NCBI GenBank assembly: GCA_041395385.1
Contig: JAWLAN010000009.1
Coordinates: 110,431-174,430 of the forward strand
Direction of reading: 5' to 3'
DNA: 64,000 bases
Origin: Gammaproteobacteria bacterium
GTDB taxonomy: Bacteria; Pseudomonadota; Gammaproteobacteria; JAJPIJ01
Part shown: in pieces, positions 11,578-20,920 of the stretch
Layout: every line of letters starts with the position of its first letter
Position numbering within the stretch: position 1 is the stretch's first letter
Made by a program: the position numbers and the translations under genes
The notes under the pieces: generated by a model
Database searches by the model: none
What the model was told of the DNA's origin: nothing
The model's input: only the letters and a program-made list of their open reading frames with translations

Positions 11578-12387
11578 TCAGGATCCCCGCGGCCAGTAAT
11601 ACCACAGGCAGAGCGCGCCGAAGAGTATGCGATACCAGGCGAAGACCGTGAAGTCGTGCCGCGACACGAACCGGATGAAGGTCTTCACGGCCAGGACCGC
11701 CGTGATGAAGGACGCGACGAAGCCGATCGCCAGCACGACGACGTATTCGGCGTTCAGCTCGCCCAGGTTCTTGGCCAGATCGAAGCCCGTCGCCGCGAAC
11801 ATGACCGGGATGGCGAGGAAGAAGGAGAACTCCGTCGCCGCCGTGCGCGACAGCCCGAACAGCAGGCCGCCGATGATGGTCGCCCCGGAGCGCGAGGTGC
11901 CGGGAATGAGGGACAGCACCTGCACGCAGCCGATCTTGAAGGCGTCCCACGGTCGCAGCTCGTCCACGGTCTGCACGCGCACCGGCAGGTGCATGCGCTC
12001 GACGATCAGGATGATGACGCCGCCGATGATGAGCGCAACGGCCACGGTCAGCGGGTTGAACAGCGTCGCCTTGATCGCCTCGTGCGCGATGAGCCCGACC
12101 ACCGCCGCCGGCAGGAAGGCGACCAGCAGGTTGAGTACGAAGCGCTGCGAGTCGCGGTCGCTGCGGACGCCGCGCATCACGGCGAGCAGCTTCCCCCGGT
12201 ACAGCCAGCAGATGGCCAGGATCGCCGCCAGCTGAATGACTATCTCGAAATTCGATGCCAGCGGCCCGTGAAAATCGATGAGGTCGGCTGTTATGATGAG
12301 ATGTCCGGTGCTGGAGATGGGCAGGAACTCCGTTATGCCCTCCACGGCACCCATGACCACGGCCTTGAGGTATTCCAACCAGTTCAT
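11578..12387 (-). CDS. uppP: undecaprenyl-diphosphate phosphatase
   Basis: 269 aa with BacA/UppP motifs ([14 protein letters not shown]; [10 protein letters not shown]). Confidence 0.9.
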   Translation of the reverse strand: MNWLEYLKAVVMGAVEGITEFLPISSTGHLIITADLIDFHGPLASNFEIVIQLAAILAICWLYRGKLLAVMRGVRSDRDSQRFVLNLLVAFLPAAVVGLIAHEAIKATLFNPLTVAVALIIGGVIILIVERMHLPVRVQTVDELRPWDAFKIGCVQVLSLIPGTSRSGATIIGGLLFGLSRTAATEFSFFLAIPVMFAATGFDLAKNLGELNAEYVVVLAIGFVASFITAVLAVKTFIRFVSRHDFTVFAWYRILFGALCLWYYWPRGS

Positions 12388-12508
12388 TCGCGATGTCCTC
12401 GGGGCGCTTCAGTAGCTTGATCCTTTATTGCGCGCAAAGTGGCGCCGGGCCGCAGCCGGGTCGGCAGTATGCACTGTTTGTCTCGTTATCTTGGGGGGGA
12501 GCGTTTCG

Positions 12509-13519
12509 ATGTTGATGGCCGACTTCGGCGAGCTGCTGGTCATGCTCGTCATCATTGTAATTGCCGCGGAGGTGTTCACAAACGCACTGGAGCATTTGGG
12601 TGAACGCCTTGGCATTTCCGAGGGCGTCACCGGCTCGCTGTTCGCGGCCGTGGGCACGGCCATGCCCGAGAGCATGGTGCCGATACTGGCCTTCTTCGCC
12701 GGCGGCAGCAATCCGGAGATCAACGAGGAGATCGGCGTCGGCGCGATACTGGGCGCGCCGCTGATGCTCTCGACGCTCTCCCTGTTCCTGATGACGCTGT
12801 CGGTGCTGAATCGCCGCGGCCTGGCGGGCCACCTGCGGCCCGAGCGTACGGGGCTCACGCGCGACCTCAATTTCTTCCTGCTGGCCTTCCTCATCGCCGC
12901 CGGCGCCCTGTTCATCCCGCACGAAGGCAAGGCGGTGCAATCGCTGCTGGCGATGGTTATGCTGGTCATCTATTTCGTCTACGTCCTGATGACGGTGCGC
13001 GCCTCCGCAGATCTCGTGCGCAACGGCCACGCGACCGAGGCGCACAGGGAAATGTACCTCTGTCGCGTCGGCTTGCCCGACAACATGCTCGTCGTACTGC
13101 TGCAGATTGCGCTGGGTCTCGCCCTGCTGATACTCGGCGCCAAGGGGTTCATCCATGGCGTGGAGCAGGCCTCGATACACCTCGGCGTTTCCGCGCTGTT
13201 CCTGTCGCTGCTGATCGTGCCCATCGCCACCGAGCTCCCGGAGAAGGTGAACAGCATCCTGTGGATACGGCGGGGCAAGGACACGATGGCCTTCGGCAAC
13301 ATCACCGGAGCGATGGTCTTCCAGGGAACCGTGCTGCCGGCCATCGGCCTGCTGCTCACCCCCTGGGAGCCTCGCAAGGAGGTGCTCGTCGGGATCCTCG
13401 TGGCGCTCGCGGCCTCCGTGTGGCTGCGGTACTGCCTGGCGCAGGGGCAGCTGGTCGTCTGGCAGCTCATGCTGAACGGCATGCTGTATGTCGGCTACAT
13501 CGTCGCCATGGTGATCTGA
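12509..13519 (+). CDS. sodium/calcium exchanger (CaCA) family membrane protein
   Basis: Start at MLMADFGELL with ggggga SD. Two alpha-repeat regions (GSLFAAVGTAMPE; GNITGAMVFQGT). Confidence 0.7.
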   Translation: MLMADFGELLVMLVIIVIAAEVFTNALEHLGERLGISEGVTGSLFAAVGTAMPESMVPILAFFAGGSNPEINEEIGVGAILGAPLMLSTLSLFLMTLSVLNRRGLAGHLRPERTGLTRDLNFFLLAFLIAAGALFIPHEGKAVQSLLAMVMLVIYFVYVLMTVRASADLVRNGHATEAHREMYLCRVGLPDNMLVVLLQIALGLALLILGAKGFIHGVEQASIHLGVSALFLSLLIVPIATELPEKVNSILWIRRGKDTMAFGNITGAMVFQGTVLPAIGLLLTPWEPRKEVLVGILVALAASVWLRYCLAQGQLVVWQLMLNGMLYVGYIVAMVI

Positions 13520-13554
13520 GCGGCGGCGGGGGCGGGCAGGCGAACGGAGATCCG

Positions 13555-15330
13555 ATGGCCACTGCGAGGCGCGCGATGCGGCGAGGGGTCGTGACCTTGA
13601 TGGGCGCGGCGGCCTTGGCGGTGCTGATCCCGTCCGCACCCGCGGGCGCGATGAGCGCGGAGGACCTGCTGCAGGCCGAGAGGCGCGGCGCGGACTGGCC
13701 GATGTACGGCCGCACGTACGGCAGCACTCGCTACAGCCCGCTGGCGCAGGTCGACCGGCGCAACGTGCACGAGCTGCGGCCGGTGTGGACCCAGTCGCTG
13801 GGGACGCTCGACGGCCTGGAATCCACGCCGCTGGTGGCCGGCGGCGTGATGTACGTCAGCAGCGCATGGGCACACGTGTACGCCTACGACGCCCGCAACG
13901 GCAGACGGCTGTGGCACTACGCGCCGCAGTATCCGCAGGGGTTCGGCAATTCGATCTGCTGCGGCCCGGTGCATCGCGGCGTGGCCCTGCGCGAGGATCT
14001 GGTTTACGTCGCGACGCTGGACGCGCAGCTGGTGGCGCTGGATCGGCGCACGGGCGCGGTGCGCTGGCGCCGTCCGATCGGCGAGTGGCAGCAGGGCGTG
14101 GTGACCAACAGCGCGCCGCTGGTCGTGGGCGATCGCGTCGTCGTCGGCATCTCCGGCGGCGAATTCGGCGTGCGCGGATACATCAAGGCCTTCGACGCCG
14201 ACTACGGCTACGAGTTGTGGACGACCTATACCATCCCGGCGCCCGGCGAACCCGGACACGAGACCTGGGAGAACGAGGCGTGGAGGACCGGCGGCGGCCC
14301 CACCTGGCAGACCGGGTCCTACGACGCGGGCCTGGGACTGCTGTACTGGGGCGCAGGCAACCCCGCGCCGTGGCTCGGCGATCTGCGCCCGGGCGACAAC
14401 AAGTGGACCAACTCGCTGCTCGCCATCGACCCGGGCGATGGCGTGATCCGCTGGGGATTCCAGTACACCCCGCACGACAGCTGGGACTACGACGGCAACA
14501 ATGCCATCGTGCTGGCGGATTTCCGTCTGGACGGCGCGCCGGTGAAGGCGGCGCTGCAGGCCAATCGCAATGGATACTTCTACGCAGTCGATCGCGTCAG
14601 CGGCAAATTCCTGTATGCCGAGCCGATGATCGAAGGCATCAACTGGGCGCACGGCATCGATCCGGTGACCGGCCGCCCCGAGGTCAACGAAGCGATGCGC
14701 CCGCATTTCGGCGGCGAGGAGGTCAAGGTCATCGTCCCGAGCATGTCCGGCGGCGCGAACTGGTTCCCGATGGCCTACAACCCGCAGACGCACGTCGCCT
14801 TCATCCCCGTCAATCACTGGGGAGTGGGGATGCGCCCGTTCGAGGCCGACGAGGTGATCCATGAGCCCGGCAAGAGCTTCGTCGGCGCGGAGTCCTGGAC
14901 CTACCGCATCGGCGAGAACATCGGTCACCTGAAGGCCTTCGACGTCGCTCGGCGCAGGTGGCTGTGGGACTTCGCGAGTCCGCAGCCCCTGCACGCCGGC
15001 GTGCTGGCGACCGCGGGCGGGCTGGTGTTCACCGGCGATCAGCTCGGCTTCTTCATGGCGCTGGACCAGGGCTCCGGTGCGGTGCTGTGGCGCTACCAGA
15101 CCGGCTCGGGCATCAACGCCTCGCCCGTTACCTACAGCGTCGATGGCAAGCAGTACGTGGCCGTGCTGTCCGGATACGGCGGCAATCTCACGCATTTCTT
15201 CCGCGGCCCGCGCGGCGGCACCCTGCATGTCTTCCGCCTGAGCAATCTCACCACGGAGGAGGCGGGCGCCGGGGAGTGGGGGCCGGAGGAAAACCCGCAC
15301 GTGGTGCAACCCTATCCCGAATCGCCGTAG
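13555..15330 (+). CDS. PQQ-dependent alcohol/methanol dehydrogenase family protein (periplasmic quinoprotein)
   Basis: Signal peptide MATARRAMRRGVVTLMGAAALAVLIPSAPAGA, beta-propeller W-repeats and the vicinal Cys pair (NSICCGPV) typical of PQQ-ADHs. ggaga SD. Confidence 0.8.
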   Translation: MATARRAMRRGVVTLMGAAALAVLIPSAPAGAMSAEDLLQAERRGADWPMYGRTYGSTRYSPLAQVDRRNVHELRPVWTQSLGTLDGLESTPLVAGGVMYVSSAWAHVYAYDARNGRRLWHYAPQYPQGFGNSICCGPVHRGVALREDLVYVATLDAQLVALDRRTGAVRWRRPIGEWQQGVVTNSAPLVVGDRVVVGISGGEFGVRGYIKAFDADYGYELWTTYTIPAPGEPGHETWENEAWRTGGGPTWQTGSYDAGLGLLYWGAGNPAPWLGDLRPGDNKWTNSLLAIDPGDGVIRWGFQYTPHDSWDYDGNNAIVLADFRLDGAPVKAALQANRNGYFYAVDRVSGKFLYAEPMIEGINWAHGIDPVTGRPEVNEAMRPHFGGEEVKVIVPSMSGGANWFPMAYNPQTHVAFIPVNHWGVGMRPFEADEVIHEPGKSFVGAESWTYRIGENIGHLKAFDVARRRWLWDFASPQPLHAGVLATAGGLVFTGDQLGFFMALDQGSGAVLWRYQTGSGINASPVTYSVDGKQYVAVLSGYGGNLTHFFRGPRGGTLHVFRLSNLTTEEAGAGEWGPEENPHVVQPYPESP

Positions 15331-15412
15331 CGGCCTGCCGGGCCCGGCGGGCGCGGACGGGGCCGGCGAGACGGCGCGCTATAATCGCGCCCTGGCAACA
15401 CGGTGCGCGAGC

Positions 15413-16069
15413 ATGGCTGAGAGGGGTTCCCGGCGGGACTGTTGTGGCGTCGCATGGCAGGGCAACCCCGTGCTCGTGCGGCTGTTGGGGCTGTGCCCGC
15501 TGCTCGCGGTTTCCGACCGCTTCGTCACCGGCCTGGCCATCGGCATCCTCTTCGCGCTGACCGTGCTGTGGACCCAGTGGCTGGTCGCCGCGCTGCGCGG
15601 CCTGGTCCCGGTGGCCGTGCGCCTGCCGTGCCAGGCCGTCGTCGCGGCCTGCGGGGTGACCGTGCTGCATACGGCAGTGCAGGCCGGCCTGCCGGCGCTG
15701 TCCGCGGCATTGGGTGTGTACCTGCCCGTGCTGGCCGGCTGCTGCCTCGTCCTGGTGCGTGCCGAGGAGTCCGCGTGGCGGCGGCCGGTTACGGCGGCGG
15801 TCCGCGACGCGGGAGCGCATGCCGTTGCCGTGCTCGTGTTCATGGTGGTGTTCTCCGCTGTCCGGGAAATGCTGGGCCACGGCACGCTGCTGCGGGACCT
15901 CACCTTGATCGTGCCGGACACCGACTGGAGCGGTCTGCGCGTATTGCCCCAGGGGTGGCGGCTGCCAATCGCGGCGATGCCGGCGGGGGCGTTGCTGCTG
16001 CTCGGCGCCGCGCTTGCGCTTCGCAACCACACCGCCGCAGGGCGCGACGGCCCGGCCGTGCGCCCATGA
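15413..16069 (+). CDS. rnfE: Rnf/Rsx electron transport complex subunit E
   Basis: NPVLVRLLGLCPLLAVSDRFVTGLAIG matches the RnfE/RsxE signature. Stop overlaps the nth start (ATGA). Confidence 0.75.
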   Translation: MAERGSRRDCCGVAWQGNPVLVRLLGLCPLLAVSDRFVTGLAIGILFALTVLWTQWLVAALRGLVPVAVRLPCQAVVAACGVTVLHTAVQAGLPALSAALGVYLPVLAGCCLVLVRAEESAWRRPVTAAVRDAGAHAVAVLVFMVVFSAVREMLGHGTLLRDLTLIVPDTDWSGLRVLPQGWRLPIAAMPAGALLLLGAALALRNHTAAGRDGPAVRP

Positions 16070-16719
16070 ATGCGGCCAAGCGCGCGGCCATCTTCGAGAG
16101 ATTGCGCTCGGCGAATCCCGCGCCGCGCACCGAGCTCGCCTATTCGACCCCCTTTGAGCTGCTCCTCGCCGTGATCCTCTCGGCACAGGCCACCGACGTG
16201 AGCGTCAACAAGGCCACCTCCAGGCTATTCAAGGTCGCCAACACGCCCGCTGCCATGCTCGCGCTCGGCGTGGAGGCGCTGAAGGAGCACATCAAGGCCA
16301 TAGGGCTTTACAACGCGAAGGCTGCGAACATCATCCGGACCTGCGAGATACTGCTGCGCGCTCACGGCGGCGAGGTACCGTCCGACCGCGAGGCCCTGGA
16401 GAAGCTGCCGGGTGTGGGGCGCAAGACGGCCAACGTCATCCTCAACACCGCGTTCGGCCAGCCGACCATCGCCGTGGACACGCACATCTTCCGGGTCGCC
16501 AACCGCACCGGGATCGCGCCGGGTCGCAATGTGCTGGAGGTGGAACGGCGGCTGCTCAGGCTCGTTCCCGCGGCCTACCGCCAGGATGCGCATCACTGGC
16601 TCATCCTGCATGGCCGCTACGTCTGCACGGCGCGCCGGCCGCGTTGCGCCAGCTGCCTTATCGGCGACCTCTGCGAATGGCCGGCGCGCATGAGACAGAC
16701 GGCCGGGGCGGAGGCCTGA
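16066..16719 (+). CDS. nth: endonuclease III
   Basis: HhH-GPD motif (LPGVGRKTANVIL) and the C-terminal 4Fe-4S Cys cluster (CTARRPRCASCLIGDLC). Confidence 0.9.
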   Translation: MNAAKRAAIFERLRSANPAPRTELAYSTPFELLLAVILSAQATDVSVNKATSRLFKVANTPAAMLALGVEALKEHIKAIGLYNAKAANIIRTCEILLRAHGGEVPSDREALEKLPGVGRKTANVILNTAFGQPTIAVDTHIFRVANRTGIAPGRNVLEVERRLLRLVPAAYRQDAHHWLILHGRYVCTARRPRCASCLIGDLCEWPARMRQTAGAEA

Positions 16720-16722
16720 GCC

Positions 16723-17154
16723 ATGTTCGTGCACGACAGGGATGCTGCCCGGCGCATGTTCGTCGAGGCCTGGCGCAAGCGCCAGGCCGGGGAGGTGCTG
16801 GAACCGATCGAGGCCCTGATCGCCGATGTCGTCGCCCTGCACCCGGAGTACCAGGGGCTGCTGACCTCCGGGGAGGCGTCGGTCGCGCAGGAGTACACCC
16901 CCGAGCACGGCGTGGCCAACCCCTTCCTGCACATGGGCATGCATATTGCGTTGCGCGAGCAGGTGAGCACCGACCGGCCCGCCGGCATCGCCGGCCTCTA
17001 CCGGCGGGCGGTCGAGCGGCGCGGCGACCCGCATGCCGTGGAGCATGACATGATGGAATGCCTGGGCGAGGCCCTGTGGCGGGCGCAGCGCGACAACGCG
17101 GTGCCCGACGAAGCCGCCTACATGGAGTGCCTGAACCGACGATTGTCGCGATGA
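16723..17154 (+). CDS. DUF1841 family protein
   Basis: 143 aa with the DUF1841 pattern (MFVHDRDAARRMFVEAWRKRQAGEVLEPIEALIADVVALHPEY...). Confidence 0.7.
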   Translation: MFVHDRDAARRMFVEAWRKRQAGEVLEPIEALIADVVALHPEYQGLLTSGEASVAQEYTPEHGVANPFLHMGMHIALREQVSTDRPAGIAGLYRRAVERRGDPHAVEHDMMECLGEALWRAQRDNAVPDEAAYMECLNRRLSR

Positions 17155-18434
17155 ATCTCCCCGTCGATCCCGACCGGACCGTGCCGCGCCAGGAGCGTGC
17201 CATCGAGCGGCAGGTGCGCGTGCTGGCCGAGGCCATACAGGAGTTCGCCACGTCGCTGAACCTGCAGGAGACGCTGCGCAGCGCCATCGCGACCTTCATC
17301 GAACAGATGAACGCCGATGCCGGTTCGATCTTCCTGCTCGAGAGCGACAATACCGAGCTGGTCTGCCAACAGTGCGCCGGTCCGGTGGACATCACCGGGC
17401 TGCGCATTCCCGCGGGCGAGGGCATTGTCGGGCGCACGGTGGCGGAGCGCCGCACGCAGATCGTCCGCAACGCGCAGGACGAATCGCAGTTCAACCCCGC
17501 CATAGACGCCGGCACCGGCTTTCTCACCCGCTCGATACTCTGCGCGCCGCTGGTCGTGCGCGGGCAGAGCATCGGCGCGCTGGAGCTCATCAACAAACGC
17601 ACCGCCGACGGCCAGTTCGAGGAGGAGGACAGGCACCTGGCGACCGCGCTCGCCTCGGCGGCGGCGCTCGCCATCCACAACGCCCGGATGGTTGCAAGGC
17701 TGGTCGACCAGGAGCGCGTGCGCAAGGAGCTGGAGCTGGTGCGCGAGGTGCAGGTAAACCTGCTGCCCAGCCCGACGCACCTGGAGCAGCTTCCGGTCGT
17801 CGCCATCAACATACCGGCGCGGGAGGTCTCGGGCGACTTCTACGACTATTTCGCGCTGGGGAGCTCTCGGGTCTACTTCAACATCGCCGACGTGTCCGGC
17901 AAGGGCATGAACACCGCGCTGTGGATGGCGAAGACGACCGGCCTGCTGCACTGCCTGGCCAAGACCACCGACGATCTCGGCCGTCTGCTCAGCCGCGTCA
18001 ACCAGGAGCTCTGCGAGACCTCCTCGCACGGGATGTTCGTCACCGTGGTCACCGGCTTCATCGACCTGCAGCGCGACGAGATCGTGCTGGCCAACGCCGG
18101 CCATCTGCCGGCGATGTATCGCGGTTCCGACGGCGTGTTCCGCGAGCTGCCCGCGGACGGGCCGCCGCTCGGCGTGGTGCCCGAGGCCGAGTTTCGCTGT
18201 ACCCGCTTCCCGCTCGCCGGCGGCAGCCTGTACATTTACACGGACGGCGTGACCGAATCGCCGGACGACCGCGGTCAGATCCTCGGCGCTGCCGGGCTCC
18301 GGGAGCTCATCGATTCGGTGGCTTCGTTGGCTCCGCGTGCCCGCCTCGAGGGGATGGTGGCGACCCTGCGCCGCAGGGGCCATCGCCAGCGCGACGACAT
18401 TACGCTGATGCTGATTGAACGGGACCTTCGATGA
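17151..18434 (+). CDS. GAF domain-containing PP2C (SpoIIE/RsbU-like) serine phosphatase
   Basis: Start at MNLPVDP, overlapping the DUF1841 stop (ATGA). N-terminal GAF domain; C-terminal PPM motifs (REVSGDFYDY; ADVSGKGMNTA; TDGVTES). Confidence 0.75.
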   Translation: MNLPVDPDRTVPRQERAIERQVRVLAEAIQEFATSLNLQETLRSAIATFIEQMNADAGSIFLLESDNTELVCQQCAGPVDITGLRIPAGEGIVGRTVAERRTQIVRNAQDESQFNPAIDAGTGFLTRSILCAPLVVRGQSIGALELINKRTADGQFEEEDRHLATALASAAALAIHNARMVARLVDQERVRKELELVREVQVNLLPSPTHLEQLPVVAINIPAREVSGDFYDYFALGSSRVYFNIADVSGKGMNTALWMAKTTGLLHCLAKTTDDLGRLLSRVNQELCETSSHGMFVTVVTGFIDLQRDEIVLANAGHLPAMYRGSDGVFRELPADGPPLGVVPEAEFRCTRFPLAGGSLYIYTDGVTESPDDRGQILGAAGLRELIDSVASLAPRARLEGMVATLRRRGHRQRDDITLMLIERDLR

Positions 18435-18847
18435 CCGGACAGCGCCTCCTGAAGGTCAAGTTCCCGGCCGACCCGCGCATACTGCGCAAGGTGCGCGAGC
18501 ACGTGCGCGAGGCCTGCGAGCGCGGCGGCTGCTGCGAGCAGGTCGTCAGCCAGATCGTGCTCGCCGTCAACGAGGCCTGCAGCAACATCATTCGCCACGC
18601 CTACAAGGGCAGCGGCGCAGGTGAAATCATCCTCGAAATCTTCAATAATGGCCGGGAACTGGAGTTTCATCTGCGGGACTTCGCCGAGCCCGTGGATCTC
18701 ACCTCGATAGGTCCGCGCGATCCGCGCGAGATTAAGCCCGGTGGTCTTGGAACGCTGTTTATCCGTGAGATCATGGATGAGTGCGCTTATGGTCACGTGC
18801 AGGGCAAGGCCGGGAATTTCCTGCACATGAAGAAGCGCATCGCCTGA
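18431..18847 (+). CDS. RsbW/SpoIIAB-like anti-sigma factor serine kinase (HATPase_c)
   Basis: 138 aa with N-box (VLAVNEACSNIIRHAY) and G-box (GGLGTLFIREIMDE). Start overlaps the phosphatase stop. Confidence 0.7.
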   Translation: MTGQRLLKVKFPADPRILRKVREHVREACERGGCCEQVVSQIVLAVNEACSNIIRHAYKGSGAGEIILEIFNNGRELEFHLRDFAEPVDLTSIGPRDPREIKPGGLGTLFIREIMDECAYGHVQGKAGNFLHMKKRIA

Positions 18848-18896
18848 TGGCGGCAGGCAGGTCATTTCCGGCTGAGTGCGGCGGGAGAGCGTTGAG

Positions 18897-19229
18897 ATGA
18901 GCTATGCGGTGCGCGATGACAGTGGCTATGCGGTCGTTGAGCTGACCGGCGACGTGGACTTGTCCGCCTCGCCGGAGGCGCGCTCCGCCATACTCGGCTG
19001 CCTGGCGCAGGCGCGAAACGTCCTGGTGGATCTGTCTCGCGTCACCTACATAGACAGCTCCGGCGTGGCGAGCCTGGTCGAGGGCTACCAGACGGCGAAG
19101 AAGAAAAAGCTGCGGTTCGGCCTGATCGGCGTGAGCGAGGCCGCGCTGAGCGTGCTGAAGCTGGCGCGTCTGGACAAGGTCTTTCCCATCCATGCGACGA
19201 TCAACGAACGCATCCGGGCGGATGGCTGA
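18897..19229 (+). CDS. STAS domain anti-sigma-factor antagonist (RsbV/SpoIIAA-like)
   Basis: MSYAVRDDSGYAVVELTGDVDLSAS...VTYIDSSGVASLVEG carries the phosphorylatable DSSG motif. gggagag SD 8 nt upstream of the ATG at 18897. Confidence 0.7.
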   Translation: MSYAVRDDSGYAVVELTGDVDLSASPEARSAILGCLAQARNVLVDLSRVTYIDSSGVASLVEGYQTAKKKKLRFGLIGVSEAALSVLKLARLDKVFPIHATINERIRADG

Positions 19230-20034
19230 CGCGGCCGGGCAATCCTCGGCGGTCCCCATCGAGCACCTCGGACGGGCCGCGGTCGCCGCCGTCGAGGAGT
19301 TCGGCTACTACTTCCTGCTCTGGCTCGAGAGCCTGTACTGGCTGCTGTTCGGCTGGATGAAGAAGCAGCCGGTTCGAATCTCGGCGATGGCCGCGCAGAT
19401 GGTGACCATCGGCATCGCCGCCACGCCCATCGTCACCATCCTCGCGTTCACCATCGGCGTGATGCTCGCCATCCAGGGCATCGCGACGCTGGAGACCTTC
19501 GGCGCCGAGGAGCAGGTCGTGATGGGCATCGCGCTGTCGGTCACGCGCGAGTTCGCCGCACTGATCACCGCGATCGTGGTCGCCGGCCGCTCCGGTTCGG
19601 CGCTCGCCGCGCGCATCGGCACCATGCAGGTCTCCCAGGAGATCGATGCGCTGCGGGTCATGAGCATCAACCCGGTCCGCTACCTCGCCGCTCCGGTGCT
19701 CGCGGCCATGATGGTGATGGTGCCGGCGCTGACCCTCATCGCCGACTTCGCCGCCCTGCTCGGCGGGGCGGTGTTCACCAATCTCGAGCTGGGCCTGTCT
19801 TACTCCGCCTACCTCGACCGCACGCTGAGCTCGCTGGTTTTCGATGACGTGCGGCAGGGGCTGATAAAGAGCCTGGTCTTCGCCACGATCATCACGGTGA
19901 TCGGGGTGAGCAACGGCTTCCAGGTCACCGGCGGTGCCGAGGGGGTCGGGCGCGCCACCACGCGCGCGGTGGTGTTGTCGATCTCCTATATCGTGGTGGC
20001 GGACATGTTGTTCACCTACTTCCTGAACCGCTGA
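19222..20034 (+). CDS. MlaE-family ABC transporter permease
   Basis: About 270 aa permease with the MlaE/YrbE topology. Start ATG overlaps the STAS stop by 8 nt. Confidence 0.75.
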   Translation: MADAAGQSSAVPIEHLGRAAVAAVEEFGYYFLLWLESLYWLLFGWMKKQPVRISAMAAQMVTIGIAATPIVTILAFTIGVMLAIQGIATLETFGAEEQVVMGIALSVTREFAALITAIVVAGRSGSALAARIGTMQVSQEIDALRVMSINPVRYLAAPVLAAMMVMVPALTLIADFAALLGGAVFTNLELGLSYSAYLDRTLSSLVFDDVRQGLIKSLVFATIITVIGVSNGFQVTGGAEGVGRATTRAVVLSISYIVVADMLFTYFLNR

Positions 20035-20040
20035 GTCGCC

Positions 20041-20841
20041 GTGACCCGGACCGAGACCCAGCCCGTCATCGAGGTCAGCGCGCTGACCGCCCATTACGGT
20101 TCGCGCAAGATCCTCGAGGGCATCGACTTCCACGTCGAGCCCGGGGAGATCCGCATCATCATGGGGGGCAGCGGCTCGGGCAAGAGCACGCTGCTGCGCC
20201 ATCTGCTCGGGCTCAACCTGCCCACCAGCGGCAGGGTCCGACTCCTCGGCGTCGACGTCGCCGGCGCCTCCGCCACGGAGCTGCACGAGCTGCGCAGGAA
20301 TATCGGCGTGGCCTTCCAGGGCGGGGCACTGTTCAGCTCGATGACCGTCGGCGAGAACATCAAGCTGCCGCTGCGGGAGCACGCGCGCCTCGACGAGACC
20401 ACCATGGACATCATGGTGCGCCTGAAGCTCGAGGTGGTGAACCTCGCCGGCTTCGAGCACCTGATGCCCGCGCAGCTCTCCGGCGGCATGATCAAGCGCG
20501 CCGCCGTGGCCAGGGCGGTCATCATGGACCCGAAATTGCTGTTCTTCGACGAACCCTCCGCCGGCCTGGATCCGGTCGTCTCGGCGGAGCTCGACGAGAT
20601 GATCCTGCGGCTGCGCGAGGCGATGAACATGAGCATCGTCGTGGTGACCCACGAGCTGGAGAGCGCCTTCAAGATCGCCGATCGCATCACCGTGCTCGAC
20701 CACGGCCGCATCCTCATGACCGGCACCGTCGCGGAGGTCCAGAGCTGCCCGCATCCGCGGGTCCAGGACCTGCTCAACCGCAGACCGCGCCGCTCGGAGG
20801 TCAACGCGGAGGACTACCTGCGGCGACTGACCGGCGGCTGA
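20041..20841 (+). CDS. ABC transporter ATP-binding protein (MlaF-like)
   Basis: Walker A GGSGSGKST, signature LSGGMIKR, Walker B LLFFDEPSAGLD. GTG start 6 nt after the permease stop. Confidence 0.8.
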   Translation: MTRTETQPVIEVSALTAHYGSRKILEGIDFHVEPGEIRIIMGGSGSGKSTLLRHLLGLNLPTSGRVRLLGVDVAGASATELHELRRNIGVAFQGGALFSSMTVGENIKLPLREHARLDETTMDIMVRLKLEVVNLAGFEHLMPAQLSGGMIKRAAVARAVIMDPKLLFFDEPSAGLDPVVSAELDEMILRLREAMNMSIVVVTHELESAFKIADRITVLDHGRILMTGTVAEVQSCPHPRVQDLLNRRPRRSEVNAEDYLRRLTGG

Positions 20842-20920
20842 CGCGCGAAATCACATGAGACGCGGTGGCCGTGGCGTGCGCGCCGCGGACGATCGCGACA
20901 GAGGGGGTTGGGGGAAAGGC

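Noticed and set aside
19201-20754. 517-aa - strand ORF antisense to mlaE/mlaF-like genes
   Set aside because: Overlaps two well-supported ABC transporter genes on the opposite strand; low-complexity Asp/Arg/Gly-rich product.
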